From contig OZ241362.1 in assembly GCA_965200315.1 (NCBI GenBank), positions 3,392,001 to 3,456,000 on the forward strand: a stretch of 64,000 nt of DNA, given 5' to 3'. The translations under genes and the position numbers were made by a program. Below are positions 1 to 13,000 of the stretch, piece by piece. This DNA is from Candidatus Latescibacterota bacterium (GTDB lineage: Bacteria; Latescibacterota; UBA2968; UBA8231). Each line of letters starts with the position of its first letter. Position 1 is the first letter of the stretch. The notes under the pieces were generated by a model that worked only from the letters and a program-made list of their open reading frames with translations, was not told where the DNA came from and did no database searches.

Positions 1-1
1 C

Positions 2-1240
2 CGTTGGACTCGTCCAGCCTTGGGCATCATCGAGCAGAACGGCTCAAAGGAAAACAACCTAGTTACCGATGTGGGGGGCGACCTGCTCAAAGCGGTATTT
101 GAAGATCCAAGCGCGCCACCTGCAGAGCGATTTAAGGGCATGGGTTGTGAGGGAGCTATGATCAATTCAGAGACCGAAGAGATCGCCAACGCGGGTGAGG
201 AGGTCGACGAGGAATACATACAAAAGTGGTGGGCCGATCAGGAATACTTGGGTCCAGCCTACAAGGGGCCCAGACTGATTCTCAAGGGCCGGGTAATGGG
301 GTGGGTCTCCCCCGACCGCATTCACTGGAAGCGGACCGACAAGATTCTCGCCGATTTTCCTATGGACGGAGGCCTCTCCGCCAGGTACGACGAGAAATCC
401 GGTTACTACTACGCCTACTGTCGCATCCAGGGCGTCCCCCAGGAACAGTTCGACCTGATCGGCAGCGGCGTTCCAGAGGATGGCATCTTCCACCGGGCGA
501 TCGGGCTGACCCGGACCAAGGACTTCAACCACTGGCCCGCTCCCAAGCTCCTCCTCTTTCCAGATGGTCAGGACGAGCCCGACCTCTCGTTCTACGGCGG
601 CGATTACTTTCCCTATCCGGGTAGAGACGATCTGCACTGCATGTTGGTACAGGCCTACCATCACGCCACCGACCACGTGGACAGCCAGCTCGCCATCAGT
701 CGCGATGGTTTGATTTGGCAGCGGCCGGAGCGCAAGCCAATTATTCCGGTGGGCGGTCCGGGTGCGCCCGACGCGGCCATGGTCTATTCCTGGGGCAGCG
801 GCATCGCGGAATTACCGGACGGCAATTGGGGGTCTCTCTACGGAGGGCACACGTCGCTACACAACGCACCGCAGAGAGGAGAGGTGGTGTTACAGTGGGC
901 CCGGTGGCGGCCCCACAGATTCTGCGGCATCGAAACGGATGTGGAGGGTCGGTTTACCTTGCCGACCATAGTGAGGACCGCCAGTCAGCTAAGGCTCAAC
1001 TACCGCTGTCGTCCGGGTGGCTGGATCAAGGTCGAGATTCTGCGCAACATTCCCTCGCGGATTCACCCCGACGTCGATCCGGTCGCCGGCTTGACCTTCA
1101 AAGAAAGCGATCTGCTGCAAGGAGAGTCGCTCGACCAGGCGGTCGCTTGGAACGGCAACAGCGACTTGTCCGAAGTGGGTGAGATGTTGGCGATTCGGAT
1201 CCGGATGTTTCAGGCAAAGGTCTTCGCGTACCGCGTTTAA
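2..1240 (+). CDS. GH32/GH43-like beta-propeller hypothetical protein, 5'-partial
   Basis: Frame is open from the window edge (RWTRPALGIIEQNGSKENNL). Asp-box-like motifs SPDRIHW, TKDFNHW and SRDGLIW, with a C-terminal beta-sandwich-like part. Confidence 0.65.
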   Translation, partial: RWTRPALGIIEQNGSKENNLVTDVGGDLLKAVFEDPSAPPAERFKGMGCEGAMINSETEEIANAGEEVDEEYIQKWWADQEYLGPAYKGPRLILKGRVMGWVSPDRIHWKRTDKILADFPMDGGLSARYDEKSGYYYAYCRIQGVPQEQFDLIGSGVPEDGIFHRAIGLTRTKDFNHWPAPKLLLFPDGQDEPDLSFYGGDYFPYPGRDDLHCMLVQAYHHATDHVDSQLAISRDGLIWQRPERKPIIPVGGPGAPDAAMVYSWGSGIAELPDGNWGSLYGGHTSLHNAPQRGEVVLQWARWRPHRFCGIETDVEGRFTLPTIVRTASQLRLNYRCRPGGWIKVEILRNIPSRIHPDVDPVAGLTFKESDLLQGESLDQAVAWNGNSDLSEVGEMLAIRIRMFQAKVFAYRV

Positions 1241-1364
1241 AAAGTATGAGAATTGGGTTGCTAGGAGGTCGATCGCATGACAGGTAATCAGACGGGGGCA
1301 TCGGGCGCAACTGTCGCCGACGCGAGCTCATCATCAAAACTAAAAATCACAAGAATCCCAAAGA

Positions 1365-1542
1365 TTACTGGACTCCGTAAAGGCAATGTACAATGATCCT
1401 TAGAGGACTTGAACTCCGAATAGAAGACCTGAAAATCGGTATCAGAGGGGCAGAACAAGCGTTTGTTGAAAAGTTCCCTGCAGACAGCCGTCTGTTAGAC
1501 ATCGGATGCGCGACAGGACGGTTGTGCTTTGCACTGTCATAG
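1365..1542 (+). pseudogene. N-terminal remnant of a class I SAM-dependent methyltransferase
   Basis: 1393-1542 reads ...FPADSRLLDIGCATGRLCFALS*, which contains SAM motif I. An upstream segment LLDSVKAMYNDP is in a shifted frame. It ends where the convergent FAD gene breaks off. Confidence 0.6.
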
Positions 1543-2455
1543 TGACAACGACCCGCAACCCAGAGATTCTCTACGCCCTGCGGCAGCAACGTTCGGTACG
1601 AAATATCGTACGGTGGTACGATCGGCTGATCGTGATACCCGGCTGCGTCCTCAGGATGCCGGTCTATCCTCCACGCTCCAAGCACTACCACGTCATCCTG
1701 TCGTTTCGCAGTTCTTATATCGTCGCCGGTCAGCATGTAATCGCCGACAATTCTTCTGGATTCTCGCGATCCAGCAGTCGGACCACTGATGAAAAAGTAT
1801 GCATCTTTGAACTCGGGTAGTGCTTCTTTCCAGAGCTCGAACATGGTCCACGCATCGCGTCGGCCTTGGATTTCTGCGTTCGTCCAGTCTTGCGGATTCG
1901 TTGCGTTGCCGGGAGTGCGAATCACGTTGAAATAGGTGTCTCGACCTGAGAAAGTTGCTGGCCACGGACCACCATACAGGCCGATCTTGCCTTCGGCGTG
2001 TGCCTTCTCCAAAACGGCCGCACACTTGCGACGCAGCTCAAATGTGAGTTCAACAAAGCCGATTCGGAAGTGCAAGCTCATCGGCTGAAGCGACTCGGCG
2101 ACCTCGTATGGACATCCTGCCCAAGCGGCGACATCGGCATCACCCCACCGTTCACGTTGTATGAGAGATGTGGAGCCTGCCCGGGCTCAACCACACCCAT
2201 TCGTTCGAGCATCTCAAAGACAAGTCCACCCACAACGGGCCTACCAGTCTCTTCGTAGACGAATCCATCGAACGCCGAGCCGATGATATTCGTAAAGAAC
2301 CCACCGGCAAATCCCATGCGGTCGACTGCCATCACAGAAGCACCGTTCCGTGCCGCGCCAACAGCCGCACCAATACCCGCCAGCCCCGTTCCACAAACGA
2401 GAACGTCTGGTTCAGCAACTACAGGAAATGATTTTGTGTACTGGATTATCGACAT
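1543..2455 (-). pseudogene. FAD-dependent oxidoreductase (FAD_oxidored family), internally deleted and 3'-truncated
   Basis: N-terminus DVLVCGTGLAGIGAA. At about 2145 it jumps with a frameshift from YNVNG to GDADVAAWAGCPY...QPMSLHFRIG. RESRRIVG and PYDISYRTLLP are present; homology stops at LWVAGRCH. Confidence 0.8.
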
Positions 2456-2495
2456 GATTTGCTACTCGACCAGCCCCAAGCCCCGCCCTCACTTC

Positions 2496-3233
2496 TCAGT
2501 GCTTACACGCCACATGTCGATCTTCGTATATTCCCTTTAGAAACTTTTCTGGATTGAGTTCTTCGGGCAAATAATGCCATGCCGTACTATAGCGAGTGCG
2601 ATTGCTGTGGTTATCATAAGCACCGTGCAGGAGATTGGCGGAAAACAGAACAACCGTGCCAGCGGGAATGACCAGATCCACAGCCCGCGATTCATCGACC
2701 TCTGTCCAACTGCCATGCCTACTTGGATTTCTGCGGTGCTCGACAATCTCGCCCATCCGGTGGCTGCCGGGCACCACCCGCAAACACCCATTCTCCACAT
2801 CTGAATCTTCCAGATAAATCCCGCAACTGATAATGCGCTCCGTATCGGTGCCAAAATAAAAATTGTCCTGATGCCAGCCCGTTGACGTGCCGCCATTGGG
2901 CAACTTGGGAAAAAACTTGGTGCCAAATACATCGATGTTTTCACCAATCAATACTGCCACGCGGTCTAAAATCGCTGGCTCGCGCGCCAGTTCCAACACG
3001 CGGGCATCGACCACGCAAACGCCCTGAATTTTGTGCAACAAACCCGCCTGGGGCGCACCGCACTCGTCCAACTCGAGCGTCCAGTGCGGTCCCTCCTCGG
3101 TCAATTTGCGCCCCTCTGCGACCAGTTCATCAAACACCTGCTTGTAATAGACCAATCGCTCGCCTTGTATCAGGGCTTCAAAAACGAGATAGCCATCTTC
3201 TCGAAATTGCCGCATCTGTTCGTCAGTCAACAT
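2496..3233 (-). CDS. phytanoyl-CoA dioxygenase (PhyH) family protein
   Basis: MLTDEQMRQFREDGYL start, WHQD, NGCLRVVPGSH, distal His in LLHGA. Confidence 0.9.
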   Translation of the reverse strand: MLTDEQMRQFREDGYLVFEALIQGERLVYYKQVFDELVAEGRKLTEEGPHWTLELDECGAPQAGLLHKIQGVCVVDARVLELAREPAILDRVAVLIGENIDVFGTKFFPKLPNGGTSTGWHQDNFYFGTDTERIISCGIYLEDSDVENGCLRVVPGSHRMGEIVEHRRNPSRHGSWTEVDESRAVDLVIPAGTVVLFSANLLHGAYDNHSNRTRYSTAWHYLPEELNPEKFLKGIYEDRHVACKH

Positions 3234-3455
3234 TAAAACCTCGTATTCTACGACATAATGAACAGGCAATATGCAGTTCGCTGAAAACGCGCACAAGGGT
3301 TCAGCAGAATCGCTTGGCGTCGCCCAGAATTGTTCGCGTTGCTGCGGAAGGTGGACGCCCAAAACTGCGCCATTACCCGAGCCAGATTCCCTTTGCTTGG
3401 GGACGAGGGAAGTCCTTTATTATTTTTAAATTTCGCAGGCTTGCAACGATTATAG

Positions 3456-5630
<2,175 letters not shown>

Positions 5631-5714
5631 TCTCAGCGGGTGCTCGTAACGGAGGAGTATCTCTTTGAGTACTAGCACGGGTGAAGTACCGGATTATTCT
5701 CGGCGTTTATTGAG

Positions 5715-7208
5715 ATGCTGACACAAATCGATTATGCCGTAATTGCGGTCTACGCGGCGTTGATGACTTGGATCGGAATTATAGCTAAGCGGAAGTCCAG
5801 CAATGTGGACCAGTATTTCGCGGCCGGGCACGGGTTACCCTGGTGGATGGCGGCCATCTCGCACCACGTGTCCGGGTACAGCGCGGTCGTGTTTGTGGGT
5901 TTTGCCGGTCGTGCAGCGGTCACGGGATTCAGCATGTGGACCTTGTTTTCGCTTGGGGTGTTCGTAGCCCTGGTGCTTGGATGCCTCATCTGGGCACCGA
6001 GATGGTCTAGGTTGAAAGTTCTGACGCCAGTGGAATATCTGGAAGTGCGCTACGGCAATTCCGTGCGGGGTCTCATTGCGGTTTCCGGTATCCTCATCAA
6101 GTTCATCGATCTCGGCATCAAGCTGTTCGCGATCTCCATTGTCGTCCACGTGGTTACCGGCTGGGAGGTGGTGCCTATTATCGTTGTTTCGGGTCTGATC
6201 ACCATCGCCTACGTATTCATTGGCGGGCTGTGGGCTACCGTACTTACGGACTTGGTGCAGTTCGTGGTACAGCTCGTCATGAGTCTGGCCGTGCTGTTCA
6301 TCGCGCTCGATATGGTGGGGGGCTGGAACGCGATGTGGGACAGCTTGCCACAGGAGCGCGCCGGCTTTTTCAACGCGGCCGAGGGGATCAGCGCGAGCTT
6401 CTGGCTGGTCTATGTGGTTGTGATCATTCTCAGCTACAACGGGGGCACTTGGGGACTGGCGCAGCGATTCGTGTCGGTGGAAAAGCCGCGGGATGCCCAG
6501 AAGGCGGCGCTCTTGTCGGCGATTCTCTACTTGTTCTATCCCATCGTCATTTTCCTTCCCGCTTGGGCCGCGCCGCTGCTGATGCCCGAACACTTCGATC
6601 CGGTCACATTTCAACCCAGCGTCGGCTTCGATCTGGATCAGACATACATCCTTGTAACGCAAAAAATACTGTCGACTCTGGCGCCAGGGCTGATCGGACT
6701 GCTGGTATGCTCCATGTTTGCCGCGACCATGTCCATGATCGACAGCGATATAAATGCCCTTGCTGCGGTGTTCACCAAGGATTTCTACCAGCGCAACTTC
6801 AAGCGCGAGATCGACGACAAGGCGTTGTTCAAGGCGGGAATGATCACGACGGCGATTTTCGGTATCGCGGTTCTGGTGACCGCAATTGTGATCTCCCAGA
6901 GTCAGGGCATGAACAAGGTGTTTTCTTTGACCGTGAAACTGTTCGGCGGCCTCCTGTCGCCCATCGCGATTCCATTGATGCTCGGGATGATATGGAAACG
7001 CCCGACCGCGCGGGGCGCAATTTTGTCGTTTACCGGCGGCGTGATCACCTATTTCATCATGATTCAGTACACCGACAGGTTTGAGATTTACACCGGGGTG
7101 GAAATCCTAGTCGTGCTGGCCATCTACTTTGGCGAGGGGTATATGGGCAAGCGCAGCCTTGAGAAGGAGGCGGAGGTAACGGCGTTGTTCGATAAAATTC
7201 GGACCTGA
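5715..7208 (+). CDS. sodium:solute symporter family transporter
   Basis: DQYFAAGHGLPWW, TPVEYLEVRYG, GGLWATVLTD, AATMSMIDSDINA; many TM segments. Confidence 0.92.
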   Translation: MLTQIDYAVIAVYAALMTWIGIIAKRKSSNVDQYFAAGHGLPWWMAAISHHVSGYSAVVFVGFAGRAAVTGFSMWTLFSLGVFVALVLGCLIWAPRWSRLKVLTPVEYLEVRYGNSVRGLIAVSGILIKFIDLGIKLFAISIVVHVVTGWEVVPIIVVSGLITIAYVFIGGLWATVLTDLVQFVVQLVMSLAVLFIALDMVGGWNAMWDSLPQERAGFFNAAEGISASFWLVYVVVIILSYNGGTWGLAQRFVSVEKPRDAQKAALLSAILYLFYPIVIFLPAWAAPLLMPEHFDPVTFQPSVGFDLDQTYILVTQKILSTLAPGLIGLLVCSMFAATMSMIDSDINALAAVFTKDFYQRNFKREIDDKALFKAGMITTAIFGIAVLVTAIVISQSQGMNKVFSLTVKLFGGLLSPIAIPLMLGMIWKRPTARGAILSFTGGVITYFIMIQYTDRFEIYTGVEILVVLAIYFGEGYMGKRSLEKEAEVTALFDKIRT

Positions 7209-7329
7209 TATAGCAACCCGACATGATTTGAACGATTCGAGCGGTGGCTAGTCTTGTGCCTCCTATTCTGCGTACGTCTATCTGCGTCCATCTGCGGATT
7301 ATCTGGGAAATGATGGGGGCATGACCCTG
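7209..7329 (-). repeat. ~120 bp dispersed MITE-like element, copy 1
   Basis: Reverse complement shares ATCCGCAGATGGACGCAGATAGAC, CCGCTCGAATCGTTCAAATCAT and terminal GCTATA with 30140-30256. Confidence 0.75.
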
Positions 7330-7341
7330 AGAAAGAAGGAG

Positions 7342-7677
7342 CAATATGGCTTGGGCTTCGCCCGCATCCATCGCCACGGGCTTCTCGCACAGGACATGCT
7401 ATCCCGCCTTTAGGCACATCACCGCGAGGTTGCGATGGCTCGAGGGCAGCGTGGCGATGCTCACGACATCGGGCTTGGTCTTTTCGAGCATCTCTTCCGC
7501 GTCTTGAAATCCGGCGACTGCAAACTGCTTGCCGGCCCGCGACACCCGTTCCGGCTCCAGATCGCATACGCCCACGAGCGAGCAGCCCCCGGCATCTGCT
7601 GCCTCCCGGTAGGCCGGCAGATGTTGTGAGGTGGCGATCTGGCCGCATCCGATTACGGCGACTTTCGTCGGACTCAT
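7342..7677 (-). pseudogene. Gfo/Idh/MocA oxidoreductase N-terminal remnant
   Basis: KVAVIGCGQIA Rossmann start. In-frame TAG at 7399-7401 immediately before HVLCEKPVAMD; homology ends at AQAIL. Confidence 0.85.
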
Positions 7678-7693
7678 GCGCTCCTTCCTCCGA

Positions 7694-9637
7694 TCACGCC
7701 AGTTCAATGCGCTTGATCACGCGTTGCAAAACCCACTCGCCCATGATCGTATCTTTTTGCGCGAGATACATGGTCTGAACAGGCGGAATCAACGCATCCC
7801 AATTGGGTTCAAAAGGGCCATAACAAACCGGGTTATCCAGCGCAGCTTGCAAAGCGGGGATCAACGCCTTTAGCTGCGCTAGGATCTCTCGGCGATAAAA
7901 AGACAAATTTGCACCCGCGCGAAACCGCGCCCAGAGCAGATCACTTTGCAACGCACGTTCCAATGCAGGCATCCCTTCTGTACGGTTGTTTTGGCAAAGC
8001 AAGTCAGCCGCCGCTAGACTCACACTGATCGATTCATCCTGAACAAGCGAACCGATCTTTTGCAGAACTGTATCCTCCGCCTCATACGACATCAACCCGG
8101 TAATCGCCCAATAGCGCACAGCACTATCGGAATCATCAAGTCGGTCAATTAACTTAGCTTTGCCAGCTTCACCTAATCGAGAGAAATCGGCTGTCTCCAG
8201 AACATGTGCATAGTTTTCGCAATGTGCGCCCACTTCGTAATTCACACCATCATACTCAGTCGCTCGCACGATCATCTCAGTTTCATCAATCAGCCCCAGA
8301 TCCCGCGTCTCAATCATCCACTCAAACAACTCCGTTCGTAACTGATCTTTGAGACCGCTGTATTTAGGATCGCCAGCCAGATTGGCAATTTCTTCCGGGT
8401 CGTTCTCAACATCATACAGTTCTTCAAATGGCTTCTTTGCCTGCCAGACCAAATATGCAGAATACGCCTCGGGAATCGGCAGCAAAAACACACCATCGGG
8501 ATCGTGTACTTTCAACTCTCCGGGCAAACACGACGTATCCCAGAAATCATGCTCAGGCGTCCCTTCTTTCGGGGGTGTCTCAAAGAAACCACCATCTGGC
8601 CAAAACGAAGCATAGGGGCGATGAGGCAAAAAGTTGCGAATGTAGCGGTATTTCTCACTCCGAATCGTGCGAATCATCTCATTGCAATTGTCCAAGCGAT
8701 CTCGCGCCCCACAGACAAAATCGCGATACGGTTCCTTTTGCTTACCCAGAAAGGCTCGTCCTTGAAAATGTTGGGGAATCTGCACATCCATCATGCTCAA
8801 AACAGACGCGCCCATATCCATCGTCATCACCAGATCGTCCACCACCGTTCCCGGCGGTCCTATTGCCAGATGTTGGTATTTGTCGGGAAAGCGAATAATC
8901 AACGGCACCCGCAAACCATCTTCGTAAACGTGCGTCTTGCCCCTCGGATAACCTGTACCGTGATCAGACCAAAAGAAAACAATCGTATTATCCAGCACAC
9001 CTGCGGACCCCAATTTTTCTATCACTTCACCCACGTGCCGATCAACCTGCATCAAGCCATCGTAAAAAAGAGCGGTGCGCTCTCTGGCGAGTGGTGTATC
9101 AGGCATAAAAATGGGAAGTGGTGCCTCGTCAGGATCGTGCAATTCTTCATCCGTTAACAAACTCGATCGCTGGTCTCGTGCTTGCTCTGGTGTTAGCTTA
9201 AATACACTAGCGTGGGACTCACCAAAACTATACACTGCAAAAAAAGGCTTCTCATCTGCTTGTTCCAAAAGCACATCATTGCTCTGATACGCCGCCCATT
9301 CGTCAGGGTCGATGTCTGTGTTCAAATCAGTATTGATCGCCGAGCAATTATACCCTTCTGCCATCAGATAGTGCGTCAACATTTGCACAAAGTCAGGACG
9401 TCTGGCAAAACTTCGATGATGATGCGTACCCACAGTAGTCTGATGCATTCCGGTAAAAATACTTGTGCGTGCAGGTGAACAAATAGGCCCACAGGCAAAA
9501 GCGTTCGCATAGCGAATGCCTTCTTCAGATAGCGTATCGAGATGAGGAGTTGTGGCATAATCATCGCCATAACACCCCACATTCCTCGCACTCACATCGT
9601 GTGTATTTATCCAGACAAAATTCGGTCGTTTCGCCAA
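7694..9637 (-). CDS. sulfatase with C-terminal HEAT-like repeats
   Basis: RPNFVWI, CSPAR formylglycine motif, SDHG, ELYDVENDPEE; tail LDDSDSAVRYWA. Visibly more AT-rich than the flanks. Confidence 0.92.
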   Translation of the reverse strand: MAKRPNFVWINTHDVSARNVGCYGDDYATTPHLDTLSEEGIRYANAFACGPICSPARTSIFTGMHQTTVGTHHHRSFARRPDFVQMLTHYLMAEGYNCSAINTDLNTDIDPDEWAAYQSNDVLLEQADEKPFFAVYSFGESHASVFKLTPEQARDQRSSLLTDEELHDPDEAPLPIFMPDTPLARERTALFYDGLMQVDRHVGEVIEKLGSAGVLDNTIVFFWSDHGTGYPRGKTHVYEDGLRVPLIIRFPDKYQHLAIGPPGTVVDDLVMTMDMGASVLSMMDVQIPQHFQGRAFLGKQKEPYRDFVCGARDRLDNCNEMIRTIRSEKYRYIRNFLPHRPYASFWPDGGFFETPPKEGTPEHDFWDTSCLPGELKVHDPDGVFLLPIPEAYSAYLVWQAKKPFEELYDVENDPEEIANLAGDPKYSGLKDQLRTELFEWMIETRDLGLIDETEMIVRATEYDGVNYEVGAHCENYAHVLETADFSRLGEAGKAKLIDRLDDSDSAVRYWAITGLMSYEAEDTVLQKIGSLVQDESISVSLAAADLLCQNNRTEGMPALERALQSDLLWARFRAGANLSFYRREILAQLKALIPALQAALDNPVCYGPFEPNWDALIPPVQTMYLAQKDTIMGEWVLQRVIKRIELA

Positions 9638-10001
9638 ATTAATTCCTCGCTAACCTCTTTTAGGAAATCCACACTGTTTTATGTTCAAAAAAAGGCTCCA
9701 GACCCATCTCGCCGTAGCGCCGGCCAATGCCGCTCTGTAGCGCCTGTGGTGCTTCTTGGTCGGGCGCTTTAAGCACGGCCGATAAAAAAGTGGCCAGCAT
9801 CGGCCCATTGAAGGGGACAAAGATCGCAACGACGCCCAGCTTTCGTTGACGCACTGGAGAATCAATCATAGCCCTACCAGCAGGCATCGCCTAAGTCCGG
9901 CTGTCGGCTATAGGATATTCTAGTATACTATGGCCCTGCAACGCGGGCAATCAGCAGACCGCTGTTCCTCGTGACCTCTTCCCCCAACGCAGAGACCAAA
10001 C

Positions 10002-13000
10002 ATGCAGTTCATAATCGACGTGCATCTGCACTCGCGTTTTGCGCGAGCGACGAGCCGCGACCTCAACCCTTCCAACTTGCACAAGTGGTCGGCGCTCAAG
10101 GGCGTTGACGTAGTTGGAACGGGCGACTACACGCATCCCGAGTGGTTCGCCGAACTATCTGAGCAACTCGAACCAGCCGAAGAGGGGCTGTACCAGCTCG
10201 AAACCAGTCGCTGCGCCGCCGTGGAACAAGAGCTGCCCGAACGCTGCCGCCGCGCCGTGCGCTTCATGCTTTCGGTAGAAATCAGCACCATCTACAAGAA
10301 GGGCGACAAAACCCGCAAGGTCCACCACGTCGTCATCCTGCCCACCCTCGAATCCGCGGATCGACTCAACCGTCGCCTCGGTGCCATTGGCAACTTGCAC
10401 TCCGACGGCCGGCCCATCTTGGGGCTGGACAGCCGCGACCTTTTAGAGATTTGTCTCGAAGCCGACGAGAATGTGCTCTTCATCCCGGCCCATATATGGA
10501 CGCCGCACTTCGCCGCGTTGGGTGCCTCGTCGGGCTTTGACTCTCTGGAGGAATGCTACGAGGATTTGCTGCCGCACATCTTCGCAGTAGAGACCGGCCT
10601 ATCCTCGGACCCGCCGATGAACTGGCGGCTGTCGGCCCTCGATCGCTATGCGATTATATCCAATTCCGACGCCCATTCCCCGCAAAAGCTGGCCCGCGAG
10701 GCCACGTGTTTTGACACGGAGTGCTCGTATCCGGGCATCTATTCTGCGCTCAAAGATCGCGACCCAGCGCGCTTTTTGGGCACCTTGGAGTTCTATCCCG
10801 AAGAAGGCAAGTATCACTACGACGGCCACCGCAAGTGCGCGGTGTGCTACAAGCCAGCGCAAACACTGGCCGCCGAGGGAATCTGTCCGGTGTGCGGACG
10901 CAAGCTGACGGTGGGGGTTTTACACCGGGTGGAAAAGCTAGCCGACCGCCCGGAGGGATTTCGCCCGGAGGTGGCCCCGCCCTACGAGTACCTGATCCCA
11001 CTCGACGAAGTGATCGGCGCGGCGGTTGGCGTTGGCCCGAAGTCCAAGAAAGTCCGCGCTGTGTACGATCAACTCTTGGCCGAGAGCGGCCCGGAACTCG
11101 AAGTATTGCGCCGCGCTGGACTTGAAGCGATTGAAAGCTGCGCCGGGCCGTTGGTGGCCGAGAGCGTGCGCCGGATGCGCTGCGGCGAGGTGGACATCTA
11201 CCCGGGCCACGATGGGGAGTACGGCGTAATCAGCGTGTTTAGCGAGGAGGAGCGGGCACGCTTGAAAGGGCAAGGTGCGCTGTTCGACTTGGGACCGGCG
11301 ATCGCGAAGACGGCTGAGGAAGTCCACGTTCCAGCGGTACAGTCGTCAAGGCCCGCTAGCACCACACAAGCGGAGCGGGATGTGGACTCGCCCGACGCCG
11401 CACAGCAGCAAGTCGAAGAGGCCGAAGGAGGGCCTTTAGTGGTCGTGGCCGGACCGGGGTCGGGTAAGACCCGGGTGCTGACGCGGCGCATTGCGCGGCT
11501 GGTCGCAAGCGGCGTGGACCCGGGGCAGATCATGGCCATTACCTTCACCCGGCGGGCGGCTGGACAGATGCGGCAGCGGCTGAGCGCATTGTTGGACGGT
11601 GGGCTGGGCGCGATGCAGGTGGGGACCTTCCACCGCTTGGCGTTGTCGCTCTTGCGGGAGTTGGGCTGCGAGCCAAAGCTAGTGCTCGACGAGGTGGAAG
11701 CGCGCCGGTTGCTGGAAGGGGCGCTGGTAGATGCCGGTTTGTCGGGGTCAGTTACCGCCGCCAGCCAAGCCATCTCGCTGGCCAAGGCCGCCGCGCGAGG
11801 GCCGGATGAAATCGCCGAGGAGTGGCGGCCGCATTACGATGCCTATCAGGCGGCCCTACGGGCGTCTGGGGCCTGCGACTACGACGACATTCTCTTGGAT
11901 TTGCTGCGCCTCTTAGAAGCGGATGCAGCCGTGCGGGAACAGGTGCGAGCGCGTTTCCCCTATCTACTGATAGACGAGTTCCAAGACCTCAACGCCGCGC
12001 AGTATAGGTTGGTCCTGCAGTTGGCGGGTGCGGGCGCGGGCCTGATGGCCATCGGCGACCCTGATCAAGCGATCTACAGCTTTCGCGGCGCTTCGCCCGA
12101 CCATTTCGTTCACTTGCGCGAGCTTTTCTCGGATACGCTACTCTTTCATCTAGGCGCGAATTACCGCTCTCAGGCGCATATTGTCGAGGCCGCCACTGCC
12201 GTCGTCGGCCACAATCCGGAGCGCGAGGCCATTGAACTCGCAGCCATGCGTCCGGGTAAGGAAAGAATCCGCCTAATCGAGGTGCAGAGCGAGACGGCCG
12301 AGGGCATTGCGGTGGTGCGGGAGATTGCCCGCATGGTCGGTGGCACCGATATGGTGCAGACCGATGCCGGCTCAGAAGGCACGCGCAGTTTCGCCGACTT
12401 TGCCGTGCTCTTCCGCACTGGCCGACAGGGCCAAGTGCTGGAGGAGTGCTTCCGCAAGGAGGGCCTGCCCTACCGGCTCGTCGGCCAGAAGGGCTTTCTG
12501 CAAGCACCGGCTGTGCGGGCCGCGTTGGCGTTTGCCCGCTACACCTCAATCTCGCAAGAGGATGTGCGCCGCTGGCAGGCACTAGAGGCGATGGGCGCGG
12601 AGCCGCACATTTTGCGCCAAGTGCGGCGAGGGGAGCTGTCGGCGTCGGCGCAGGCCTGGGTCGAGGCGCTAGAGGCGCGGATAGCAGAGTACAGGCAATG
12701 GGCTGCTCAGGAGGGGGCGGGTGCTTGGGTGCGCCGCTGGCAGGCTGAGTTCGGCGACCCGGAGGACGAGGACTTGGAGCACTTGGCCCGAGTAGCGGAT
12801 GCGGCCGAAACGCTAGCGCAGCTACTGGAGACCGTGCTCTTAGGCGCGGAGGCCGACTACGAGGAGCGGGGCGGCCCTCAAGGCCCGGAGGCCGTCGCGC
12901 TGATGACCTTGCACGCGGCCAAGGGCTTGGAATTTCCAGTGGTATTTATCTGCGGGGTGGAGGACGGACTTATCCCCTTCCGCGAGCGAGACGCCGACCT

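Noticed and set aside
7399-7401. In-frame TAG as possible recoding
   Set aside because: The gene is truncated about 19 codons later, so a pseudogene is the simpler explanation.
9650-9990. Short ORFs between the sulfatase and EndoQ-UvrD
   Set aside because: No motifs or convincing RBS; likely a divergent promoter region or decayed DNA.
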